From an uncultured Chlamydiae bacterium (GTDB taxonomy: Bacteria > Chlamydiota > Chlamydiia > Chlamydiales > SM23-39), in the NCBI GenBank assembly GCA_963828125.1, contig CAWHDP010000002.1, positions 1,472,001-1,536,000 of the forward strand: a DNA stretch of 64,000 nt. Direction: 5' to 3'. The notes beneath the pieces are model-generated. The model saw nothing but the letters and a program-made list of their open reading frames with translations, searched no databases and was not told the origin of the DNA. Shown here one piece after another: positions 49,892-57,819 of the stretch. Position 1 is the first letter of the stretch. Every line of letters starts with the position of its first letter. The position numbers and the translations under genes are program-made.

Positions 49892-50641
49892 TTAAGGAGC
49901 ATTCGGATACAGAACATAGATAATTTGCTGAACCTGTTCCGGGGCTACAATAATCGTCTGAAGCTGCAATCCCTGCGGTTGGTACTGAATTTGCAGTAAA
50001 CTATTGTTTACCGAAATGCTGAGGACGTTTTTGAGCAGCCCGTTTGTGATGGGCGGAGAAAAGGGGCCGTTTAGCGTCGTCTGAATCCAAACTTGGCTCA
50101 GCCCAGACTGGAATGTTTTTGAGCTAAGCGACGTCACCGCCGACACAATATCGACTGCCCGTTGTTTGGGATCCACTGAATAAAACGGGATCGTCCCACT
50201 CGGATAAGTCGAAGTAAAAGGGGCCGTTGAGGAGGGGAGATTATATTTTTGCGGAAAATAGAGAAATGCGATCACATCTTCGACTGGCAATACGAGATAC
50301 TGGGTGATCGTTTGGGACTGCGGAGGAAGATAGGAGATGATTAAAAGGGTGTTGTAGGGCGTCTCATTGATCGCTTGAATGTAAGGGATGATTCCATTGA
50401 TCAAATATCTATAAGAAGCGTAGGGCAAGGTCGCCAACTTGGTCTGCAGAGCCACTTCAGGGACTTGAATGCCGGAGGCGTGGACAAGCGTATTGAACGT
50501 ATTGTAAATTTCCGTCCCCCGATTCGCTGAGTCAATGGGAAATACAACCGGCTGGCCTGTCAGAGCCATCACGACAACAGCGCTTGAGGCGGCCGAAAAT
50601 AGAGGAATACGCAAAAGCAAAAGGAGCCAACGGCAAATCAT
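49892..50641 (-). CDS. Exported hypothetical protein with an internal domain duplication
   Basis: Signal-like N-terminus; two similar ~100-aa halves. Confidence 0.6.
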   Translation of the reverse strand: MICRWLLLLLRIPLFSAASSAVVVMALTGQPVVFPIDSANRGTEIYNTFNTLVHASGIQVPEVALQTKLATLPYASYRYLINGIIPYIQAINETPYNTLLIISYLPPQSQTITQYLVLPVEDVIAFLYFPQKYNLPSSTAPFTSTYPSGTIPFYSVDPKQRAVDIVSAVTSLSSKTFQSGLSQVWIQTTLNGPFSPPITNGLLKNVLSISVNNSLLQIQYQPQGLQLQTIIVAPEQVQQIIYVLYPNAP

Positions 50642-50656
50642 GACGGAGATGGTACA

Positions 50657-51487
50657 TTAAAAATTATTTATATTGCAATATCCAGCGAGGAACTCTGCCA
50701 CTTCTTGAAAGGGTTTGGTCCAAAGCCCCAATTCTTTCAGCAAAGCGATAAAAGCCCCGATCTCTTCTTCAAAAAGACGGAGAGCCTCCTCTCTGCCTAA
50801 AACAGCCGCAATGTTGACAGAGGTCGGATCTGCCGCAAAGTCCAGTAGATCGTCAGCGATTTGAAAGGCCATCCCCAAATGGAGAGCGCAAGCCTTAACT
50901 AAAGAAAGCTTTGCAGGATCCCCGCCGCCAAAGAGCCAACCAAAGACGAACGAAATCTCAAACAGGGTGACTGTTTTTTGATAGATGATTTTTTTGATCG
51001 TCTCAAGTTTCGAATCGGGCGGATAAAGGTCGAGAAACTGCCCATTTGTGGCTCCGTTGATCCCGGCGCAGCGGGTGGCCGCCTGAAGGCATAGTTTCAA
51101 GGATTCGGGGCTCTTGCCGCCGTTTTTCGCCACCCCCCCATATCCTTCTGCAATCAGCGCATAGCTGGCCAAAATCGCAACGCTTTCACCAAATTCTTTA
51201 TGGACCGAAGGGCAATTTCTCCTCAGGGCGTCGTTGTCCATGCAAGGGAGATCGTCTGCAATTAAAGAGGCAGTATGGAAAAATTCGACGGCCAGCGCAG
51301 CGGGCATTACATCCTCCCCGCAACCTAATGCATCGGCGATCAGGAGCACTAAAATCGGCCGGAGCCGTTTCCCTCCGTTCAATAAAGCGTATTCACAGGC
51401 GTCGCGGAGTCGATTTTTTTCTCCCATCTCTTCGATAAACGCCCTGAGACGATTCTCTATTTGGGTGCGGAAGATTTCGATTGCCAT
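50657..51487 (-). CDS. ispA: Polyprenyl (farnesyl/geranylgeranyl) diphosphate synthase
   Basis: GGKRLRP, DDLPCMDND, GQFLD, FQIADD; start at MAIEIF. Confidence 0.93.
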   Translation of the reverse strand: MAIEIFRTQIENRLRAFIEEMGEKNRLRDACEYALLNGGKRLRPILVLLIADALGCGEDVMPAALAVEFFHTASLIADDLPCMDNDALRRNCPSVHKEFGESVAILASYALIAEGYGGVAKNGGKSPESLKLCLQAATRCAGINGATNGQFLDLYPPDSKLETIKKIIYQKTVTLFEISFVFGWLFGGGDPAKLSLVKACALHLGMAFQIADDLLDFAADPTSVNIAAVLGREEALRLFEEEIGAFIALLKELGLWTKPFQEVAEFLAGYCNINNF

Positions 51488-52167
51488 AGCAGTTTCTCTA
51501 ATAAATTTTGTTTGATCGGATGGAGGCCCCTTGCATCTATCTGACTCCGAGGGGGAATCACCCCTTTTACATTCACCAGCGGGTAGCAAAATGACTCCCT
51601 GCCGATCAATGTGCCTGGATTGAGGACCGAGTTGCATCCGATTTGCACCTGATCGCCGATAATTGCCCCAAATTTTTTTAGACCTGTCTTGACCCCATGA
51701 ATCGATATTTCGCGCCGATCGAGCCGGAGATTCGCGCATTTAACGCCCGCCCCCAAATTGACCGCATGGCCTAATATCGAATTGCCGACATAGACGAAAT
51801 GGGCAACAACAGCCCCGTCGAATAGAACCGAATGTTTTAATTCAGCCGCGTGGCCGATGTGGCAATCGTCGCCCAAGATCACAGGCCCACGGAGATACGC
51901 CCCATGCCGAATAGAACATTTTTTGCCGATGATGCAAGGGCCACGGATCAGAACGCCCGGCTCGAGTACGGTTCCCTCGCCAATTGAAATGAATTCTCTC
52001 CGATCGAGATAAACTCCCTCTGGGATCTCAATTTCAATGAGGCCTTTGTCCTTTTTATTCAGATACTCCTCCAAATGAAGGAGCGCCGACCAGATAGGCT
52101 CCCCCTCTTTCCAGAGGGAACGGTGTTCAAAGCAGTCCAATGAAAAGAAGGGATCCAGATCCAACAT
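51457..52167 (-). CDS. glmU: GlmU-like hexapeptide-repeat acetyltransferase (short chlamydial type)
   Basis: Left-handed beta-helix repeats (GPCIIG, HGAYLRG, HFVYVGNSILG, KFGAIIGD); start at MLDLDP. Confidence 0.75.
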   Translation of the reverse strand: MLDLDPFFSLDCFEHRSLWKEGEPIWSALLHLEEYLNKKDKGLIEIEIPEGVYLDRREFISIGEGTVLEPGVLIRGPCIIGKKCSIRHGAYLRGPVILGDDCHIGHAAELKHSVLFDGAVVAHFVYVGNSILGHAVNLGAGVKCANLRLDRREISIHGVKTGLKKFGAIIGDQVQIGCNSVLNPGTLIGRESFCYPLVNVKGVIPPRSQIDARGLHPIKQNLLEKLLWQSKSSAPK

Positions 52168-52194
52168 GCTCGCCAGTATAGCTTGAAACACCCA

Positions 52195-52395
52195 CAACCG
52201 GATAGGAATATTTATATCTATATATAGAAAGATCCTCCTCTTCTGTCCTTGTGGAAATGTTGATGGGTCACGGGAATTCAATAGGAGAGAAAAACCGTTC
52301 ATAACCTGTCGGCAATTTGTTCAAAACAGGGGGGTTTTAAACACTCGCCCCACTTGTCGACAATCTGTGAACATCTTTTGAACAAGTTATGAACG
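52195..52395. other. Candidate replication origin (AT-rich element + degenerate DnaA boxes)
   Basis: AT tract at 52206-52230 next to GATC; TGTGGAAAT, TGTTCAAAA, TTGTCGACA, TGTGAACAT, TTTTGAACA, TTATGAACG. Confidence 0.45.
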
Positions 52396-52428
52396 TAAAA
52401 GTTCAGTCCCCTTCGAGGACTGAACTGG
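52395..52428 (+). repeat. Palindromic repeat family 2, copy A
   Basis: GTAAAAGTTCAGTCCCCTTCGAGGACTGAACTGG. Confidence 0.75.
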
Positions 52429-52547
52429 TGATGAAGGTCTGATGGATCAAAGTGCATAGCCAAAACAACAGAGCATGAGCATATCTTTAGATAGAACATA
52501 AAATCTTTATATGAAATCATGTCCACTTACTTTACAGGAGGTGGGCT

Positions 52548-52697
52548 ATGGGTAAATTTATAGGACTGAACGATCAAGAATGGGCTGTTGTAGAGCCATT
52601 CATACCCTATAAATGGGGGATTACTTTCAGAGGTAAGCAACCGCTGTTAAAAAAAAATCAGCGGATGGTTAAAACCAATTATTTCCCAAAAGGATGA
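52548..52697 (+). pseudogene. IS5-family transposase N-terminal remnant
   Basis: AGGAGG RBS; MGKFIGLNDQEWAVVEPFIP resembles the IS5 L.D.EW..IEP..P start. Confidence 0.55.
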
Positions 52698-52769
52698 AAT
52701 ATTGGGAAGGTTTTCTAGGGATGGGTATTTTGCTCTACTGGATACGAGAACTCATTAAATGGGGAGTTT

Positions 52770-52814
52770 GTGGAGAAGGGACAAGAACAGTTGCTATGCT
52801 CATTTCTAAATAAG
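52770..52814 (+). pseudogene. Separated 5' end of the DUF1016 gene
   Basis: GGGGAG RBS + GTG; MEKGQEQLLCSFLN joins in frame to (Q)AITSKIRAAQ after the IS110. Confidence 0.55.
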
Positions 52815-52904
52815 CGCCCCCCAAGGGACCTCTCCCCTTGAAAAGGGCGAACACTCCGGTTAAAAGATGTTTTAACTAGAAACAAACCAACCGGAGGTCC
52901 GCTT

Positions 52905-54005
52905 ATGAGGAACTATACAAACAAAACTGTTTATTTGGGAATGGACGTGCATAAAAAAACTTACGCCGTGACTGCAATTTGTGATGGTCAGGTCGTGAAG
53001 AAAGACACCTTAAAAGCAGACCCTGCCATTTTGGTAGCTTACTGCAAAAAATATTTTATTGGAGCCAAAATCGAGAGCGCTTATGAAGCTGGGTTTTGCG
53101 GCTTTTATTTACATCGATGTTTAAAAGCGCAGGGCATTACAAATATAGTGGTAGACGCAGCTGGAATGGAGGTTGCTGTCGGAGATCGAGTAAAAACAGA
53201 TAAACGAGACTCTCTGAAATTAGCCACTCATCTTTCAGTCGGAAGGTTGCGTGGAATACGCGTTCCTTCGGTCGAGCGCGAGGACTATAGGGCTGTAACA
53301 CGACTACGAGAAACCTTTACTCGGCAACGATCACGTTTTGCTTGCCAGTTAAAATCATTGCTTTTTCAACACGGCTTGATTCGCGCTGATGACAAGAAAA
53401 AAATCTCCGAAAAGTGGGCAAAAGTTCTCGAGACAATGCCACTATCTGCAGGGCTAAAATTTGCTATTGCAAATTATCTCGCCCAATGGCGCCAAATGAC
53501 CGCAAAAATCAAGGAAATAAATCGGGAACTGGCTGTTCAAGCACAGAAAGATGGGGCTATAGAGGCGATTTACAGGAGCGTTCCAGGAATAGGAGAGGTG
53601 TCCGCTCGAGTTTTGGCCAATGAGCTTGAAGACACTTTACAATTTAGCAATGAGAAAACACTCTTTAGCTATACGGGACTTACTCCGAGCGAATACTCAT
53701 CTGGCGAACACGTTCGCCAAGGCCATATTACTCGGCACGGGAAACCTATTTTGCGAAAAATATTGGTACAGACAGCTTGGAAAGCGATTGGCATAGACTC
53801 TTCTCTCGAAGAAATTTTTCTGAGGCTTTCAACCAGAATTGGAAAGAAAAGGGCGATTATAGGCATAGCAAGGCGATTGATTGGTCGCATCCACGCTTGT
53901 TTTAGAACGGGCGAATTGTATCGTATCCCATCAACTAAAAATGGAAAAGCAGAAGAGAAAAGCGTGGCTGTCCAAGAATCTCAGCTGGCTAACGTGACTC
54001 CGTAA
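52905..54005 (+). CDS. IS110-family DEDD transposase/recombinase
   Basis: GMDVHK, YEAG, KTDKRD (DEDD); PGIG and PSEYSSG catalytic-Ser loop. Confidence 0.96.
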   Translation: MRNYTNKTVYLGMDVHKKTYAVTAICDGQVVKKDTLKADPAILVAYCKKYFIGAKIESAYEAGFCGFYLHRCLKAQGITNIVVDAAGMEVAVGDRVKTDKRDSLKLATHLSVGRLRGIRVPSVEREDYRAVTRLRETFTRQRSRFACQLKSLLFQHGLIRADDKKKISEKWAKVLETMPLSAGLKFAIANYLAQWRQMTAKIKEINRELAVQAQKDGAIEAIYRSVPGIGEVSARVLANELEDTLQFSNEKTLFSYTGLTPSEYSSGEHVRQGHITRHGKPILRKILVQTAWKAIGIDSSLEEIFLRLSTRIGKKRAIIGIARRLIGRIHACFRTGELYRIPSTKNGKAEEKSVAVQESQLANVTP

Positions 54006-54059
54006 ATTGCGAAGAGCAATTTACTCCGCTTTGCTCTCGAGGAAAAAAATGTAATTGAA

Positions 54060-54385
54060 CTCTTGCCAACGAGAGACTAAAAAGTTAAACAAGGTAGTAC
54101 AGACAAAATAGTAAATTAAGGCAATGTCCGTAAAGCCGATTTGATGAAGTTTGGGGTGACCTTGTGCAATATCCTTGTGGCCATGCAAATGGACCACGCA
54201 GAACAGTTCAGGGCGCCCCGTTTTTTAATGTTCGAATAAACAACTTGGGCGCGCACTTACGGGTGTGACCTCGAATAGCAGGTTGGTCTTAAATTTTTTT
54301 TAAAGGCCGAAATAACGAACAGCATCAAACGGTCGAGTAGGACAAAACAACTGGAGAAGTCTTATGACTTGACGAAATGACATAG
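54060..54385 (+). ncRNA. Candidate bridge/seek RNA region of the IS110 element
   Basis: Long non-coding end with several stem-loops; inferred from IS110 family biology. Confidence 0.45.
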
Positions 54386-54427
54386 CAGGCTATTACCAGC
54401 AAGATACGCGCTGCGCAAACCAGGGCC

Positions 54428-55372
54428 ATGGTGGCAGTCAATCGTGAGCTAATTGACGTCTATAGAGACATTGGCAAGACGATTCATGAACAACAGCAAA
54501 CGGCTGAATGGGGATCATCAGTAGTCGAGCAGTTAGCGAAGGATCTAAAAAAATCTTTTGTAGGCATGAGGGGTTTTTCTTCTCGTAACCTATGGAATAT
54601 GAGGGACTTCTATCTTTCCTATGCCGATAACCAAAAACTGCAGGCAATGACTGCAGAAATTAGCTGGACCCACAATGTGGTCGTATTTGAGAAGTGTAAA
54701 GACCCTTTGCAAAGAGAATTTTACATCAGGATGTCCAAAAGGAATGGTTGGACGTATCGGGTGCTAATGAATCAGATTAGCAATCGTCTGTATGAACGAA
54801 CATTGGCCAACCAAACGAATTTTGACAAAAATCTGCCAGAGACGATGCGCTCGGAAGCGAAGCTCGCCGTAAAGGACGAATATATTTTTGGATTCGTAGA
54901 CTTGGGAGATGAGTATGATGAGCGCGAGCTAGAAAAAGCTCTCATTGGCAATATTGAAGGTTTTTTAAGAGAAGCTGGTGGAGTTTATGCGTTCATGGGG
55001 TCTCAATATCGTTTAGAGGTTGGAAACAAGGAATTTCTGATCGACATTTTGCTATACCACAGGAAGCTCAAATCTCTCGTGGCAATCGAGCTAAAAGTGG
55101 GAGAGTTTGTCCCAGAATTCATGGGGAAAATGCAATTTTATCTCACTGTGCTTGATGACAAGGTAAGAATGAAAGATGAAAATCCCTCGATAGGGATCAT
55201 TCTATGCAAAGAGAAAGATCGAACGATTGTTGAGTATGCCTTGAAGGAGGCTAACAAGCCGATAGGAGTTGCAACGTACCAAATGTTCAGAGAGCTGCCG
55301 AAAGAGCTGAAAAACGAGTTGCCATCCCCTGAACAGATTGCGCTGTTGCTTGAGCACATAGCTATGAAATAG
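54428..55372 (+). CDS. DUF1016/YhcG PD-(D/E)XK nuclease-family protein (5' end interrupted)
   Basis: WG..VVEQLA.DL, GFSSRNL, ISWTHN, KDEY, DILLYHR, IELK, IGIILC. Confidence 0.92.
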   Translation: MVAVNRELIDVYRDIGKTIHEQQQTAEWGSSVVEQLAKDLKKSFVGMRGFSSRNLWNMRDFYLSYADNQKLQAMTAEISWTHNVVVFEKCKDPLQREFYIRMSKRNGWTYRVLMNQISNRLYERTLANQTNFDKNLPETMRSEAKLAVKDEYIFGFVDLGDEYDERELEKALIGNIEGFLREAGGVYAFMGSQYRLEVGNKEFLIDILLYHRKLKSLVAIELKVGEFVPEFMGKMQFYLTVLDDKVRMKDENPSIGIILCKEKDRTIVEYALKEANKPIGVATYQMFRELPKELKNELPSPEQIALLLEHIAMK

Positions 55373-55414
55373 AAAAAGTGCAGACAGTGTCTGCACAAAT
55401 TAACTGGTCTCACT

Positions 55415-56842
55415 ATGAGTAGATTAAAATTGAATGAAACATCCATTGTTGATTGCTTAACCACCGATTACGGTATCGCAGTTACTGCGCTTACGCTTCT
55501 TCCAATAGGTGCGGATATGCATGCGTCCGTATACAAAGCTGAGACGCGTGAGGGATCATCCTATTTCGTAAAGTTAAAACGTGGCCATCACTACGATATC
55601 AGTGTTACAATATTAGCGTTGTTGCAGGCGTCAGGAATTCAACGGATTATTCCACCGATCAAAACAATCCATGACGAGCTTACCCAGCGCATCGACGACT
55701 TTACACTTATCGTATATCCATTTATCGAGGGACAGAACGGGTTTTGCTATGATTTAACTGATGATCAATGGGTTACTCTGGGCATAGTGTTGAGGCAAGT
55801 GCATGGATTTAATGTACCGCCATCAATCAAAGATCGAATCAGAAAAGAAACCTATTCGCCCAAATGGCGAGAAGCTGTTCGATTGCTCGATGCTCATATT
55901 GATGGAAACATGACAGGTGATGGAACAGCTTTGGAGTTACAAGCGTTTATGAGGGCGCATAGGCCAGTCATTCATCGGCTGGTGGATCGTGCTGAGTCTT
56001 TAAGTCAAAAGGTCGAAGAACAATCGCCTGAATTCGTTCTGTGCCATTCGGATATTCACGGTGGCAACGTGTTGATCGATGAAAGCGGCTCCATCTTCAT
56101 AGTGGATTGGGACGACCCCATTATGGCTCCCAAAGAACGCGATCTCATGTTTATTGGCGGAGGGGTGGCGAATGTCTGGAATAATCCACATGAGGAAGTC
56201 TGTTTTTATAAAGGGTACGGAAAGACTGAGATCAATAGGCTGATTCTAGCCTATTACCGACATGAGCGAATCGTGGAAGATATTGCAGAATACGGCCAGG
56301 CATTGCTTTTGACAACGGCCGGAGGTAAAGACCGACTAGAGATATACAAACAATTTAGGGGGATGTTTGAACCAAATGGTGTGATAGACATAGCATTCAA
56401 AACTGACCTTCGAGGCCATCTGATCTCCTCCGAAAAAGAGAAAAAAGCAGCTCTTGATTTTAGACAAAAACACTTCTTCGATCAGCGTGGATTCAAAGAC
56501 CCTTATGCTTGGACTTTGGGTGAAAAAGATCATCTTCATTGGCTCTTATATGATGGAGATAAAGTGATTGGGTATGCCCATGTGCAAATATGGCCAGAGC
56601 ATAGAGCAGCCCTTCGTATCATAGTCATCGATGAGCAAAAGCGCGGAAGTGGCATGGGAAAATACTTGATGGATCATTGCGAGGGGGCAGTCAAAAAACA
56701 GGGAGTAGTACTTCTTCAAACGGAAGCCTCGCCAAATGCCTATCTCTTTTATAAAAGGCTTGGCTACACAGAAATGCCATTCAATAATCCAGACGGAGAA
56801 CCCACCCATCCGGATGATCGAGCAATGGGGAAATATTTATGA
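55415..56842 (+). CDS. APH(9)-like spectinomycin phosphotransferase fused to a GNAT acetyltransferase
   Basis: YSPKWRE, LCHSDIHGGNVL, DWDDP.MAPKERDLMFIGGGV, YYRHERIVEDIA as in Legionella APH(9)-Ia; C-terminal RGSGMG...FYKRLGY GNAT motifs. Confidence 0.85.
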   Translation: MSRLKLNETSIVDCLTTDYGIAVTALTLLPIGADMHASVYKAETREGSSYFVKLKRGHHYDISVTILALLQASGIQRIIPPIKTIHDELTQRIDDFTLIVYPFIEGQNGFCYDLTDDQWVTLGIVLRQVHGFNVPPSIKDRIRKETYSPKWREAVRLLDAHIDGNMTGDGTALELQAFMRAHRPVIHRLVDRAESLSQKVEEQSPEFVLCHSDIHGGNVLIDESGSIFIVDWDDPIMAPKERDLMFIGGGVANVWNNPHEEVCFYKGYGKTEINRLILAYYRHERIVEDIAEYGQALLLTTAGGKDRLEIYKQFRGMFEPNGVIDIAFKTDLRGHLISSEKEKKAALDFRQKHFFDQRGFKDPYAWTLGEKDHLHWLLYDGDKVIGYAHVQIWPEHRAALRIIVIDEQKRGSGMGKYLMDHCEGAVKKQGVVLLQTEASPNAYLFYKRLGYTEMPFNNPDGEPTHPDDRAMGKYL

Positions 56843-57495
56843 ATCCAATGAGCTCTCGGGCTAGAAAATTTGTTTCCTACTATAAACCTTACCTAAGACT
56901 TTTCACTGCAGATATGGCTTGTGCAGCCATTTCTTCCGTAGCCCTACTTGCCATCCCACTATGTGTCCGATACATTACGGCAAATTTGCTAGAGGTTGGG
57001 TCAGAAAATGCTCTCCATCAAATCTACATGATGGGAGGCCTCATGCTCGGTTTGATCGCTATTTTTGCAGCATGCCGCGCATTTATTGACTATCAAGGAC
57101 ATATCATGGGTGCCTTGATGGAAAGAGATATGCGGAGTGAACTATTTGAGCATTATCAAAGACTCTCTTTCAAATTTTATGATGAGCACAAAACAGGTCA
57201 GCTCATGACCAGGATTTCTCATGATACATTTGATCTTGCAGAACTCTATCATCATGGCCCAGAGGATGTTGTCATTTCTCTTTTGAACTTCATCGGTGCA
57301 TTTGTCATCTTAGTCAATATCAATGTCAAATTGGCCTTTATCGCCTTTCTTTTTGTCCCTGTCATGGGAGTTTATGGATTTTATACAGCCAAGAAGATGT
57401 ACGCTGCATTAAAGCAGAGCAGCGACAAAATCGGTGATATCAATGCGCAAGTAGAAGACTCCCTTGCGGGCATCAGAGGGCAGTGGTTTCGTTGA
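56839..57495 (+). pseudogene. Truncated ABC exporter (partial TM domain, no ATPase domain)
   Basis: LSFKFYD..TGQLMTR, HHGPED; ends right after DSLAGIR. Confidence 0.8.
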
Positions 57496-57768
57496 ATCGA
57501 TTTATCGCAATGCCCTAGTGATTGCACTCAATGACAGTCGGCTAGAAATTTCAAAGGAAGTTGGAATACAGAAGAGCCTATCATCCTACTCATCATGCCA
57601 CGTGTGATCATGCAGATCCTGTTCCTTTTTGAGGACACAAGCCGCTGTGCGCGGCTAAAGGATTCCAATCATGCTCACTTTAGTAAGTAACTGAAGATAG
57701 GTTCATGCTACAGAAATAAATTTTTAATAGAAGAAAGTGATCCGTGTCCGATCCCGTCGTGCCCTTGC

Positions 57769-57801
57769 CCAGTTCAGGCCCCGAAGGGGACTGAACTTTA
57801 C
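57769..57801 (-). repeat. Palindromic repeat family 2, copy B (inverted relative to A)
   Basis: Reverse complement reads GTAAAGTTCAGTCCCCTTCGGGGCCTGAACTGG; lies 19 nt past the asnB stop. Confidence 0.75.
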
Positions 57802-57819
57802 CCCTCCAGAATGAACATT

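Larger units (their letters stand above)
52813..54386 (+). mobile_element. IS110-family element (short left end, ~380-bp right non-coding end)
   Basis: Interrupts the DUF1016 frame; AGC at both junctions; no terminal IRs; ends uncertain by a few nt. Confidence 0.75.

Noticed and set aside
52168..52526. N-terminal extension of the glmU-like gene and the 75-aa ORF 52299-52526
   Set aside because: They run through AT-rich origin-like and palindromic non-coding DNA with no protein-like signal
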